IMG/VR virus record: IMGVR_UViG_3300032007_000014
Direction: 5' to 3' (one strand)
Length of the DNA stretch: 64,000 nucleotides
From: a virus
Lineage: Duplodnaviria; Caudoviricetes
Both the position numbers and the translations under genes were made by a program. Shown in pieces: positions 1 through 10,864 of this stretch. Within the stretch, counting starts at the first letter, position 1; every line of letters starts with the position of its first letter. The notes beneath the pieces were generated by a model, which was not told the DNA's origin, ran no database searches, and worked only from the letters and a program-made list of their open reading frames with translations.

Positions 1-88
1 CCACGTTGTACGCGAGCAGCGCGTCAACGAGATTGGCGTCACCGGCGACATCAGAGATAACCTGCTTCGTTTGTGACTTGAATTTCAT
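1..88 (-). CDS. 5' part of a hypothetical protein (runs off the window start)
   Basis: ATG at 88 preceded by GGAGA; open frame MKFKSQTKQVISDVAGDANLVDALLAYNV to the window edge. Confidence 0.5.
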   Translation of the reverse strand, partial: MKFKSQTKQVISDVAGDANLVDALLAYNV

Positions 89-330
89 CTGATTGTTCTC
101 CATTGAAATTGTTTTCACTGTACAGCTTCCAAATTCTTCCGAGAACACACATCTTGACACACGATGTAGATATCTGTTGATCCACTGAAGATCGTATTGA
201 ATTTGGCTATAATATAGGTGTTTGGTACATTCTCGTATAGTCCATGATGCGAGAATTTGGTTGCATTCATTATCGACTGTCCTTCGATTTTGATTCGTCC
301 ATGTATGAAACTCCTGTTGTTTTTGGGTTG

Positions 331-365
331 CCCTGTAGGAGGATCGTAATGATCCTCCTACAGGG
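331..365. terminator. intergenic 15-bp hairpin (likely intrinsic terminator)
   Basis: CCCTGTAGGAGGATC-gtaat-GATCCTCCTACAGGG downstream of minus-strand ORFs. Confidence 0.7.
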
Positions 366-628
366 GTATTATGTGCTTTATTTCTTCTTCTTGGGTTTGT
401 TGTCATTCCAGTAATCAATTGGGAATACACATTGTACCATGGTTGAAAAGAATCCATCAACCAGAATGAATATCCCAATAAAGAACAGGAATTGATGACT
501 GTTTGGTTCACCGATTTGGTATTCCAAACGACAGAAGATGTATCCCACAAGCAACAACCTTATCAAGTTAGTTGTGTGGTAACTGATCTTGTGTCCATTT
601 GGATATTGCTTGATGATCGAGAACCATC

Positions 629-868
629 TCAGAAAAGTTTCGGGAAAAAACATCGTAGTATCCAGAGAATCAGATACAGTGCTACAACTCCAATTGGAAG
701 GAGACATCCGATAAACAGACATCCACATCCATTGATGGAACTGATAACCTCTTTCTCCAATTCACATAGTTTCTGTTTGGATAGATTGCGCTGATGTTCT
801 TTCTCGAGTTTCTTCAACTGATACTCTCTCAGCGCATCCATCTCTTCTTGTAGTGGATCTCTTCGCAT
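629..868 (-). CDS. small membrane protein, hypothetical
   Basis: 79 aa; charged N-terminus and hydrophobic C-terminal helix; AAGGA upstream; follows the helicase. Confidence 0.55.
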   Translation of the reverse strand: MRRDPLQEEMDALREYQLKKLEKEHQRNLSKQKLCELEKEVISSINGCGCLFIGCLLPIGVVALYLILWILRCFFPKLF

Positions 869-894
869 AAGTAAATTCCTTATGTGAGAACGAC

Positions 895-2448
895 TCAGAA
901 CAAATTGTCATTGACTCTGCAAGGAGCTTGCTTTGCATCATCATCTTCTGGTCTATCATCAGCATAAATGTCAGACACAGACATATCCTCTCCATTGATG
1001 TCATCGAGGATACCCAACTTACCGAATCGATAAGCTGTGTACTTCCACTCTGATGGAGTATCATTCACATAACGATGCTTGTTCCATGCCCAAGTCAAAT
1101 ATGGAATTCCTCTGTGATTGTTCTCAATTTCTTGGAAGAACATACAATCGAATTCCCTTTTTAATCCTTTACAGTCCGCAAGATGTGCTTCACCATATCG
1201 TTTCACAATATTGGTTTGTCCACTTGCAGCAAGTCTTCCTGCTTCAGTATCCATCTGCAATCCAGTTGCGAAGAACATGTCGTGATGATTCACATAGTTG
1301 TGGAATCTCTCACCCATCAACTGAATTTGTTTTGCATCATTCATGGCTTTATCTTCAGGACACCTTTTACAAAGAGTGATGTAGTCAAGAACAGTTGCAA
1401 CAACTTTCCCTCCAAGTTTCTCCTGTTTCTCGACTTCTTCAACGAACTCTTTGTATCCAAAAGCTTCACCCATTCGACGCAACACAATCAATTTAAATCC
1501 TCTTTTACTGTAAGTCCTCGAGACGTATTCAACGATCTCTTCATCTTTCAGTCCTTCAGGATCTTTCTTGAATGCATTCACATATGCAGATTGGAACCAT
1601 TGCATCAGGTTCTCATAGATCTCATTCTCCAATGAGATGAACAAGACAATTGGAGTCAGTCCTCCAGTATCCGGTGGATCATTCAAAGTACAGATCCATC
1701 TTGCAATATCCATCAGGATACCAGATTTATAATGATGTGATCTTGCACATATTGCCAAGAACTCACCATATGCTGCTTCTTGTCTTGGACCAAACAATCT
1801 GTTGAATCCTTGCAAACCAAACTTGATTCCACGTTCTGAACGTTTCTTCTTCTGTGCAGTTACTGCTTTCAGAATGGTCTGTGGATTCGTCAGATCAATC
1901 TCATTGATCGGTGCTTGAATTGCATCATCCATATCTGCTTCTTGCATATTGGATTGCAATTCCTTTGCAGATTCCAGAAGTTCATTCAAGATCAAGTCTT
2001 GTCTTTCCACATCTGGTGTTGATGCTGCTTGTTGACTGATACCCAACATACGACGAAGTTTACGGTTACTCTTGGTCCAGATCAATTGATTCCGGATCTT
2101 CTTTACAAGAGATCGTATCCTTGCATCAGATACTGGTTCTGTGTTCGTCAACAATTGCTGAAGATCCTGTACTCTACCAGGATCACTTTTCATGATGGGA
2201 TCATCTGCCAACCGTAGCATCAATCCCGCAATCTCTCCTTTATTGGAGAGTTCCAACTCACCACTCGACACATCCTTCAATATCTTGACATACAAGTTGT
2301 TGACAGGATTGATCAGTGTCTTGTCTTCGGTTGCTGCTTCTTCATACATCTTGATCACAGCATCGACAAACTTCTTCGATGTTGGTCCTGGTGCATAAGA
2401 TGCAAGACACAGAGTGTTGAGATAAATATCAGCTGACTTTATGTTCAC
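895..2448 (-). CDS. DnaB-like replicative helicase (phiKZ gp118-like)
   Basis: Degenerate Walker A (CARSHHYKS), FISLEN, Walker B VLDY, TGLQ, and KHR motifs; divergent from the gp119-MCP pair as in phiKZ. Confidence 0.85.
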   Translation of the reverse strand: MNIKSADIYLNTLCLASYAPGPTSKKFVDAVIKMYEEAATEDKTLINPVNNLYVKILKDVSSGELELSNKGEIAGLMLRLADDPIMKSDPGRVQDLQQLLTNTEPVSDARIRSLVKKIRNQLIWTKSNRKLRRMLGISQQAASTPDVERQDLILNELLESAKELQSNMQEADMDDAIQAPINEIDLTNPQTILKAVTAQKKKRSERGIKFGLQGFNRLFGPRQEAAYGEFLAICARSHHYKSGILMDIARWICTLNDPPDTGGLTPIVLFISLENEIYENLMQWFQSAYVNAFKKDPEGLKDEEIVEYVSRTYSKRGFKLIVLRRMGEAFGYKEFVEEVEKQEKLGGKVVATVLDYITLCKRCPEDKAMNDAKQIQLMGERFHNYVNHHDMFFATGLQMDTEAGRLAASGQTNIVKRYGEAHLADCKGLKREFDCMFFQEIENNHRGIPYLTWAWNKHRYVNDTPSEWKYTAYRFGKLGILDDINGEDMSVSDIYADDRPEDDDAKQAPCRVNDNLF

Positions 2449-2568
2449 TGTTGTTTACCTTGATTTGTCACTGTTCCGTTGATTTAAACTAGGCTTTTCG
2501 CCGAACCTATTATATGTAAAATCAATGTAAATAATAACACAGTCGAATGTGTTGACTAAACAAGGAGT

Positions 2569-4242
2569 ATGACCATGCGTCCATTCATCAGATATATCGG
2601 TACTCATCATTGTGATGATGCTGAATATATGTGGTACAATGATCCTTGTCGTGCATTCCATGAATTGAACCACGATGCTCAAGCATACTTTTTGCTTGGT
2701 CAGTCCATCGTGCTTCATTATTTTGACAAACTGTTTCGTTGGACTTCGCAACCATTGGTTGCTGAATATGCAGGTTATGTGAAAGGTCTGGTTTCAGAAC
2801 TGTCAGCATCTGCAATCAACAATACAGATGTCATGGAGACTGTCAACATTTGTAAAGAACTGTTCAGTTGTGTGTATGAAGGAGACAACGGTGTCTTCAT
2901 TCATCGTCCTCTTGACAAAGCACACATTACACATGTTCTGTTTGACAGTGCATTTGACAAAGATATTCCACAACCTTGCTCACCCAACTTTGCAGTTCCA
3001 TTCATATCCATGATCAATGCAACAGCAAAGTGCTACAGTGGTATTTATATTGAGGATCGCGTTTACGCGGCTTCTCCTGATTTTCCGATCCTCAGTATCA
3101 GAGATGGTGTGCTCAATTGTGAGAAGAGGGATAAATATTCTATAGGGAAATCCTTTGTTTTGGACGAACAAGTGATGACTTCTCCCAATTTGAAGGCTTA
3201 TCCCCTTTTGCAAATGTATGCAATGACGGAAGTGGAAGACAAAGACATTGAGACGATCTTTGCATGTATCGGCTCCATGTGCATGCATGGAGATTTATTG
3301 CTTATGCAGACGAGTATGCAGAGACTATCATATGTACTCTTCTGTTCGGTTTTCGAACGGAGTGTCTTCTGCAACATCGATCGGCTCTCAGCCGGTGATG
3401 GAAGATGTATTCATCCATCACAGATGTATGAAGCGCTGTTTGAGTTTATCAGCATTCTTCACAAACGTTGTGGAGTTGGCGCACCTGACAAAAAGTTGCT
3501 CAACTCTATCATCGAAAGAGGATGCTGTTTCGGGAATGATTCGGACAGAAAACGTCCGACTCTTGTCGAATATCTCAAACAAGAAGATCCGGCAACTGTA
3601 TCAACCGAGATGTACAAAGCGTTCAAGAACAGTTCGCTTGCGTGCATCGAAGAATACGATATCTTTTCTCAGAACTTCGTGTCGTCGCAGGAAGCTCAGG
3701 AAGACGATCTTGATGATCCCTCTGACAGTGCTCCACCTGAGGACGAAGGCGATGATGAGAACGAGGAAGCGGAGCCAGATGCTACGCCAGATGATGATCC
3801 AATGCCTGAAGAAGATTCTGATGCCGACACACCGTCAGATGACGCTGCTCAGGATGACACCTTGGATGATCCAGATGGTGACACTGCACCTGACGAAACC
3901 GAAGGTGACGATGATTCGGAGGATGAAGGTTCCGACACACAGCCATCATCAGATCCACCATTGAACACTTCCGACCCACGTGGAATCGTTATCAAAATTG
4001 TCTCGCCCGATGATGAAACACCTGACTCCATCATTTTCAAAGAGGAGATGGGGAATTATCTGAAAGCCTTGCTGAAGAATCCTCCAGCTACTATGTCACC
4101 GCAACATGTACAGTTGTTGACTAAGCTGTGGAAAAACTGGCTGTACGCGCTAGACGTCCAAACGATAACGAAGATTGTGGCATTTGCCACGAAGTTACCG
4201 GTAACCATGAAACGTTTAACAAATGGAGATTCTCCACAATGA
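2569..4242 (+). CDS. virion/head protein (phiKZ gp119-like) with long acidic linker
   Basis: 557 aa; Asp/Glu-rich tract after an SSQE site; lies between helicase and MCP; ATGA overlap with MCP. Confidence 0.6.
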   Translation: MTMRPFIRYIGTHHCDDAEYMWYNDPCRAFHELNHDAQAYFLLGQSIVLHYFDKLFRWTSQPLVAEYAGYVKGLVSELSASAINNTDVMETVNICKELFSCVYEGDNGVFIHRPLDKAHITHVLFDSAFDKDIPQPCSPNFAVPFISMINATAKCYSGIYIEDRVYAASPDFPILSIRDGVLNCEKRDKYSIGKSFVLDEQVMTSPNLKAYPLLQMYAMTEVEDKDIETIFACIGSMCMHGDLLLMQTSMQRLSYVLFCSVFERSVFCNIDRLSAGDGRCIHPSQMYEALFEFISILHKRCGVGAPDKKLLNSIIERGCCFGNDSDRKRPTLVEYLKQEDPATVSTEMYKAFKNSSLACIEEYDIFSQNFVSSQEAQEDDLDDPSDSAPPEDEGDDENEEAEPDATPDDDPMPEEDSDADTPSDDAAQDDTLDDPDGDTAPDETEGDDDSEDEGSDTQPSSDPPLNTSDPRGIVIKIVSPDDETPDSIIFKEEMGNYLKALLKNPPATMSPQHVQLLTKLWKNWLYALDVQTITKIVAFATKLPVTMKRLTNGDSPQ

Positions 4243-6416
4243 GTAAAGAAACTCTCAAGTCATTCCTCGGAGCGATTGACAGCTCTGTGATGAATGAACA
4301 GACTGGCAGACTCCCTGACGACTTCGACGGCGCTGTCGCTTTCGTTGGTTCCAAAGTCCAGGCTTTCCTGGAATCGAACCATCTGGTGACTCCCAAGAAG
4401 ATGAACAACACCACGATCTTCGCCGCCAACGAGTCATATCAGGCTGACGCCATCGAAAACACTCTCGGTGCGAACGCAATCGTCGATCTGGTGAAGGACT
4501 GCCATATCGCCGGCGCCAATCTCGGCGTGGCCGCCAAGAAAGTCGGACAGCTTCTGTACGCTGCTCTTGGCCAAGACAATGCCTCCGTTTTCTCCGCCTA
4601 CAGCAAAGGCCAGGATCAGGTCGACGGCACCATCGCCCTCGAGACCCTGTATCCCTCCGCCCTCATGCCGACCATCAATGATGTCGGTATGGAAGCGTTC
4701 GGCATCCAGATGGACCGCGTGCAGCCCGACCTGAAGGTCATCCTGACCGTCGCTCTGCTGCAGTTCCACACCTCCCTGACTCCCCGCGTCGTCCCCGTGC
4801 AGGCCATCGGCCAGGGCAATGTGACGATCGTCCGTGAGAATCTCACGATCCACGACCTGTCCGAGCCCAAAGCCAAACCGATCCGCATGATCAACCTGTA
4901 CAAAGACCCGACCCCCGTCAGCACCGTTCTGAAACGCATCGTCCCGCTCGTGGCGAATGACGACGCTCAGGATCCGAAACTCGTCGCCGACGGCATCTAC
5001 AAGTTCGAGAAAGTCATCAACATGTTCGATCTCGCTCTGGATGCCAGCAAGCCCGGCTATGAGAAGTACAACCACACGGACTTCGTTGAAGACAACATCT
5101 TCATCGACGGTCTGTATATCAACCTGACCAAGGCCGGCACGCCCGCACAGGGCACCGAAGGCGAAGATGGCTACGTCGCGGCTACCGCAGCAGTGACCGA
5201 GCAGTTCTTCGTCAAGGTTCCGCAGAGCAAGGGCCGTCTGACTCAGATGACGAACACCCAGAAGTCGACCGATCGTTACGTCAACATCGACCGCTTCCCC
5301 GTCATCCTGACCAAAGACAGCACCATCATTCCGGCTTCCGCCAACGCCTCCGATGCGTCCGAAATTCTGGCTGGTCTCACCGTCAACCAGGGCATCCTGA
5401 TCAACTTCAACGTCAGCGCCCACGTGGATCGTGAGTACTCCATCCTCGACGCCAAGGGTTTCGCCACCGTCGCGGCCTACAACAAACTGACCGCTCCCAC
5501 CGACGATGAGAAGGCTTTCGCCAAATCTCTGACCGTCAAGATGGTTGGCTTCACCCTCGATGCTCGTTACAACGAGGACAACAAGCGCAAGTCCAACGTC
5601 CGCGGCAATCTGCAGCGCCGTTCGATTAGCTACGAGCTGCCTGGCGGCCGTAACTTCATCATGGACAACGCCATCGGTCAGGAAGGCATGGTCAATGCGG
5701 CCGCACGTCTGGCTCAGCTCGAGCACATCGGCCGTGACGCCAAGAACCTGGACATCATCACTGGCGTGATGAACTCCGTCCACGACGAATTCGAGATGCT
5801 CGGCAGTGGTGAGTTCGCTCGCGACGTCCTCGGCGCGCAGTATGCGGCTGGCGATATCGTGAACCCCTACACCTACATCGATACCATCGATTTCAGTCAG
5901 GTCGTGACCGTCCGTTCTGGCGATGCCTCCGGCGACATCAAGCAGTTCGTGAAAACCAAGCTGACGAAGATCACTTCCAGCATCCTCGCGAACTCCTTCT
6001 TCGCCCAGCAGCTGGCTGACAACGCGAAAGTCGTCTTCCGCGCCATCACCAGCAACACGATCCTCGGCAACACCATCATGGCAAAGCACTACCATGACGC
6101 TCTGAACTGCGATGTCGCAGCCAACGGCGGCGTGGAACATGCCATCGTCCTGGACAACGGCGTCGTGATCGAATTCGTGACCACGACCTTCGAGTCCATG
6201 TCGGATCGTATGATCCTGATCCCGTTCCTGGCCAACAGCCCGAGCTCCGTTCTGAACTTCGGTACGGACTACGACCAGGGTACCATGATCGGATCCTACA
6301 CGAACACCCAGGATGGCGCTGCACATCAGCGTCTCTTCTCCGTCACCCGTGAGCTGCTGATCCCGACCAACGTGATCGGCGCGGTCCTCGACATTGTCGG
6401 TCTGGACTCTCTCTGA
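4239..6416 (+). CDS. major capsid protein (phiKZ gp120-like)
   Basis: 725 aa from ATG 4239 (GGAGA RBS); strong highly-expressed codon bias; GMEAF maturation-like site; motifs DARYNEDNKR and LNFG; helicase-gp119-MCP order. Confidence 0.85.
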   Translation: MSKETLKSFLGAIDSSVMNEQTGRLPDDFDGAVAFVGSKVQAFLESNHLVTPKKMNNTTIFAANESYQADAIENTLGANAIVDLVKDCHIAGANLGVAAKKVGQLLYAALGQDNASVFSAYSKGQDQVDGTIALETLYPSALMPTINDVGMEAFGIQMDRVQPDLKVILTVALLQFHTSLTPRVVPVQAIGQGNVTIVRENLTIHDLSEPKAKPIRMINLYKDPTPVSTVLKRIVPLVANDDAQDPKLVADGIYKFEKVINMFDLALDASKPGYEKYNHTDFVEDNIFIDGLYINLTKAGTPAQGTEGEDGYVAATAAVTEQFFVKVPQSKGRLTQMTNTQKSTDRYVNIDRFPVILTKDSTIIPASANASDASEILAGLTVNQGILINFNVSAHVDREYSILDAKGFATVAAYNKLTAPTDDEKAFAKSLTVKMVGFTLDARYNEDNKRKSNVRGNLQRRSISYELPGGRNFIMDNAIGQEGMVNAAARLAQLEHIGRDAKNLDIITGVMNSVHDEFEMLGSGEFARDVLGAQYAAGDIVNPYTYIDTIDFSQVVTVRSGDASGDIKQFVKTKLTKITSSILANSFFAQQLADNAKVVFRAITSNTILGNTIMAKHYHDALNCDVAANGGVEHAIVLDNGVVIEFVTTTFESMSDRMILIPFLANSPSSVLNFGTDYDQGTMIGSYTNTQDGAAHQRLFSVTRELLIPTNVIGAVLDIVGLDSL

Positions 6417-6458
6417 GTGATCTGAGAGCGGTGCAAATCCGCAAAACGTGATGCAACT

Positions 6459-6498
6459 CCACGTACACGGGTTCTGCCCGTGTACGTGGTTTATTTTT
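6459..6498 (+). terminator. rho-independent terminator after MCP
   Basis: CCACGTACACGGG-ttctg-CCCGTGTACGTGG followed by TTTATTTTT. Confidence 0.8.
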
Positions 6499-6564
6499 CA
6501 ATATCTTATAGATCTGGGAGATCACCATACTTTTCCAACATTCCTTACATAGGAGGAACACACC

Positions 6565-6948
6565 ATGAGTGAAGAAGCAACAAAAGACAAAAAAGGTTAT
6601 TGGGTGAAAATCGTCCGCGCGGTTCTGGCTGCGTTGGCTGCTGCCGCCATCGGTTATGGCGCTGCAAAGTTTGGACTGCTCGAGACAGAGGCTGACAAAC
6701 AGCATGTCGAAAACATCAAGACCGCGGTCACCAAATCCATCCAGGGCGAAGAGCTGACTGAGAAGGAAGCCACGGATGCCACCACCGGCGCCATCGTCGT
6801 GACTGGCAAAGTCGTGCAGAAGACTCAGGAAGCCAAGAAAGCGGAATCCGCGAAGGATGCCAAAGCTGCTGATGCAAAGAAAGCGGCTGAACCGGCGAAA
6901 GATGCAAAAGCGGATGCCAAAGCCGCTCCTGCTGAAGCAAAAAAATAA
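6565..6948 (+). CDS. small membrane-anchored protein with Ala/Lys-rich tail
   Basis: AGGAGG RBS; N-terminal hydrophobic helix; AKDAKA-type repeats at C-terminus. Confidence 0.7.
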   Translation: MSEEATKDKKGYWVKIVRAVLAALAAAAIGYGAAKFGLLETEADKQHVENIKTAVTKSIQGEELTEKEATDATTGAIVVTGKVVQKTQEAKKAESAKDAKAADAKKAAEPAKDAKADAKAAPAEAKK

Positions 6949-6960
6949 TACATACTGCAA

Positions 6961-6995
6961 CATCTGAACCCCAGGATTTCCCTGGGGTTCAGATG
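6961..6995. terminator. bidirectional hairpin between convergent genes
   Basis: CATCTGAACCCCAGG-atttc-CCTGGGGTTCAGATG. Confidence 0.75.
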
Positions 6996-7019
6996 CTTAT
7001 TTGAGTTCATATTACAGAT

Positions 7020-7871
7020 TCACTTTTCACCGACAAGAGATCCGTGACGAGAACCCGCACTTCCTTTCGACACAGTCGGAACGAAAGTATATCCCTGATT
7101 GATGATCTGATTCATCGCGGAACGCAATCCGGTACAGTTCTTTCCGATCCGAACTGAAATCCAGTGGTATTTACCAAGACTGTTGTTCATTTTCGGATCA
7201 CGGAGTCCCACGACGTACAACGTGTAGACCGCACCGTCGAACTGTTTGTAGAACATGAGATTGCAAAGCAGATTCCAGATGTCGATGATCTTCATGTCGA
7301 TCTGTTCCCATTCCATCAAATGAATGAGTCCCAAGTCAACGCACAGATAGTACATTGCAGACGGGTAAACATTCGTGTTGTTGGATACTCTGCTCGCATA
7401 ACGGCGATTCGCCATCGTGCGGATGAACTTGCGAGCTCCCTTGATGATGACATCGAGATCTGTTTTGATGCTCTTCGTCATGCCTTTGTACTCAAGGCCG
7501 AGAATGAAGAACATCAGCAGGATCACGTAGTCGCAATGAGCCATCTTTCCGGTGAGGAACTCACTGATGGGATCAGAAAGGATGCAGTACTTCTTGCAGT
7601 ATTTCTGCATGCTTTCATCAACGACACGTGCGATGTCAGCAACGACTTCGCGATCCGCGACACTCACTCCTGCGTGCTTCTTGTCCGGAATCAAGACCTT
7701 GTAGATCTTGTCTGTCAGATCTGGCGGGAGAGGGAACTGAATTTGAGCTTTCTGGATCGGAGGAACGGTGGTGTTGGTAGTGGTTGATGCACCGGTGCTG
7801 CGACTGGATCTCTTCCTGGCTTTCGTCTGACTGGATCCCGATTTTGTTGCTTTTGCCTTGCTGGTTGCCAT
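7020..7871 (-). CDS. hypothetical protein with basic N-terminal tail
   Basis: 283 aa; AGGAGG RBS. Confidence 0.7.
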   Translation of the reverse strand: MATSKAKATKSGSSQTKARKRSSRSTGASTTTNTTVPPIQKAQIQFPLPPDLTDKIYKVLIPDKKHAGVSVADREVVADIARVVDESMQKYCKKYCILSDPISEFLTGKMAHCDYVILLMFFILGLEYKGMTKSIKTDLDVIIKGARKFIRTMANRRYASRVSNNTNVYPSAMYYLCVDLGLIHLMEWEQIDMKIIDIWNLLCNLMFYKQFDGAVYTLYVVGLRDPKMNNSLGKYHWISVRIGKNCTGLRSAMNQIINQGYTFVPTVSKGSAGSRHGSLVGEK

Positions 7872-8010
7872 TGGGCACCTCCTGTTGGGTTTAAATTTGC
7901 CTTATAACCTAATGATGGTATAAGGACTGGTTCAATGTATGTTTGCTGAAAATATTTAAACACATGGTGTGCAGGCACGATAACCTGCACACCATGTATG
8001 AAGAGGGAAT

Positions 8011-8277
8011 TTACTCAAGCAAGTCATCTTCACAAAGTCTGACAATTTGCATGAGAATGGCGATTGTCAAGAACAACGGCCACAATATTCCAAACAGTAA
8101 GCATGCGATGATGACAGATGCACCATGCACCAACTGATCGCTAAGGGTATAGGATACCTTCTTCTCCCGTTCAGTCCGTATCATATTTTTAATGGAGAGA
8201 AGTATCACCAATACCGCTACAATGGAGTATGCGATAAGCATAACATTCCTTTCTGTTACGAGGTTCGTATCCATCAA
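8011..8277 (-). CDS. small two-TM membrane protein
   Basis: two hydrophobic segments. Confidence 0.55.
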   Translation of the reverse strand: MMDTNLVTERNVMLIAYSIVAVLVILLSIKNMIRTEREKKVSYTLSDQLVHGASVIIACLLFGILWPLFLTIAILMQIVRLCEDDLLE

Positions 8278-8338
8278 TAAGATAAATTAAGAACTCTTCA
8301 TCCCTTGCAATAGGGATGAAGAGCTCCTTGTCATCTCA

Positions 8339-8629
8339 TCAAGCAAGTGCTGCTTCGATTGCAGCTTTTGCTTTGTTGATACTTTCCGCGACAGTGTATT
8401 TCTCCTGCACTTCAGCATAGAGAAGACGTTTGCTTCCATCAGCAAAAGTCTGCACGCACGTTGTGCGATTGTTGTTGCGGAAGATTTTCACTGTCTTGGA
8501 ATTCTTCTTGAACACGACTTCGTCTGTTCCTTCTTTGATGAACTCAACATCACTGAAGTACTTTTTCACAGCTTCAGCGATGGTCAGTTCTGTCGACTGA
8601 GAAGATTTCTTCTTTCCCATGATTATCAC
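8339..8629 (-). CDS. hypothetical protein
   Basis: 96 aa; AGGAG RBS; followed by a hairpin at ~8293-8322. Confidence 0.6.
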   Translation of the reverse strand: MIIMGKKKSSQSTELTIAEAVKKYFSDVEFIKEGTDEVVFKKNSKTVKIFRNNNRTTCVQTFADGSKRLLYAEVQEKYTVAESINKAKAAIEAALA

Positions 8630-8658
8630 TCCTATCTATGAAGGTTGGATGATATTGC

Positions 8659-10780
8659 CTATAAGATAGCCGATGATGGATTCAGCTTTTCCTTGACAAG
8701 TCTATCCATTTCCTCATAGGTTGGGAGATTGAAATACTCACTTCCACACAAAGAAGCATTTTCTCTTGTATAGAGTGAGTGAAGGAAGAATTTCTCAACA
8801 TCGAACGTATCGAATTTACGTTCAGGTACAAGTCCTTCGTGAACACTTGCCATTTCTTCTGGATAGAAGAAACTCGGCATCACTTGATTGACATCAATTG
8901 GACCTACTCTCTCAGAATTGTCGATTTGAATCACGTAGAACTCTTTGGTTTCTCGTGCACAGTTTAAAGTTCTGAGAAGATTAGGATACATTGCATTTGG
9001 ATCATATTACCATCCTGTTGTCAGGATGTCTGCTCTTTCGGAATTAACCTACTCCCTGTCGGGATGATCTCTGAACGTCCATCTCTTGCAAGATGTTTCG
9101 CTGCTGATTGTTCATTGTCACAGTCCTTAGCACCACATAGTGGCTTTTATTGCAGCATAGACCGATCTATCTGTTCTTTCTGTCTTTCGACGGCATTCAC
9201 AGTTATCATTACTGATTCTGTTGTAGCCAAATAGATCATAGAACTTTCCAGCAATTAAGCAGATTCTTCGACTCATGATTACTCATGAGAAGTCCCCAAT
9301 GTGTCGAGGAGACGTCGATGTCGCACACGAACTTGTGCACATTACTGACAGCATCACTTTCCTTCAGGATCGGAACACCAGTGTTCATCGTGTTTGATGG
9401 ATCTAATACAGCACCACCTTTGTTGTTGATATAAATATCCCAAGGTGATTCCATGGATTCTCCAATAGATGCTGGTATCTTATCCTGTGGATCGAGATAC
9501 TCGTAGAATGTGTTCTTCAATTGGATGGTTTGTTTTGCAAAGTCCTCAAGATTACTGACACCAATCAACTGGATCATGTTGTAGATGTCTCTGTTCTTGA
9601 GATTCATGACATGCAGAATTGCAACGTCAACGATGTTGTACACAGTGTATGCAACTTGTTCACGAGTCTGCATTTCATAATGGCCTTTGTTGGAACCGAA
9701 TTCGAGTTTACCTGCACCAATCTCCTTCGTTCCAATATCATCCAATTTGTAAGAAGGTTCTCTTCCTTTCGCTTTGCGAAGTCTTCCATACAATGCCATC
9801 GCATCGATGTACCTTGTATAGTCAGTACAATGGAACCAATCCCACCGATCTGTGATATGGTCTCCTGGTTTACCATTGTCTTTCACATACTTGGTAACAC
9901 GATACTTCTGTGGTATGTCTTTGCTACAGAAGACATCGGTTGGTTGTTCTCCTCTGAACACAATGCGTTCCAGAAGGTAAGGAATATCGTAACCCATGTT
10001 CCAGATGACGCAGAAGTCTGGTCTATGATCGTGGATCCTATCGAAGATCCATTTGATCAAACTGATCTCCTCATCGAATATCATGTAAGTAGGGTCGATC
10101 CTATTCTTCTGATACAGCGCAGCGGCATTGGATTTCAGAGAAGCAATGAACTTCTCTTCAACCTTATGCCACATCTTATCCACTGCACCGATTGTGTTGT
10201 TTTGGAAGAACTCTTTCAAGATACCGACATATGTCTTGCCAGATCCATCGATGTAGGTGATCAGGATGATCTGGTTATTACCAGTAACATCCGTTTCAAT
10301 ATCGAGTGATCCGACGTTGTAATACGTCGGCATTCTTCCACCATTTTGTTTCTTGAATGCATGTTTGATACGAACACCGATATCAATATCCGCACCATAG
10401 ACATAAGGATTCGATAGGATTTTCCGTAGGTTCACGAATCCTTGTTGTCTCCATGACATCCTTGATGTACCGAATGGATCATCAATTGCTCTCTGGAGAG
10501 TTTGTGCAATCCTGTTATATCTCGTCTTATAACAGATACAATCCTTCTTGTTTGCGTATTCACGCTTCGCATGATAGATGCGTTTTGAAGGTTCTGTCAC
10601 ATAGACTTGTACTTCAGGATTATCGAAAATGACCATCTCTTGCTCATTGGTTTCACAGTCTTTGATGAATCCAACATAAGCATCATTATCATTATCGATT
10701 CTGACATACTCTCCATGAATCAAACATCGTCTGTCTTTTGGAATCATGTGCCATCCTCTTGGTTGTTGTTCATTATACAT
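8659..10780 (-). CDS. split family-B DNA polymerase, N-terminal/3'-5' exonuclease + motif A half; exons 10780-9307 and 8993-8659
   Basis: ExoI LDIET, ExoII WNMGYD, YKLD and ExoIII YNIVD motifs; splicing restores DIDVSSMYP (motif A); spliced product 602 aa. Confidence 0.88.
8994..9306 (-). mobile_element. ORF-less group I intron (313 nt) in the DNA polymerase gene
   Basis: Exon ends in U and intron ends in G. P AAUUGCUGGAAA, Q AAUCAGCAG, R UUCAGAGAUCA, S AAUAUGAUCC. P1 UCCU^CGA/UUGGGGA; P10 CAUUG/CAAUG. Confidence 0.92.
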
Positions 10781-10864
10781 AACTATCGTCAGCTCGAATA
10801 ATTTATAATAAGAAGATAAGTGGTGTGGAGACGAACCCCACACCACTTATCTGCGTGTCATAGA

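Noticed and set aside
4434-6326. 630-aa antisense ORF opposite the major capsid gene
   Set aside because: Shadow of strongly biased sense codons (few TTA/CTA/TCA); no protein-like motifs
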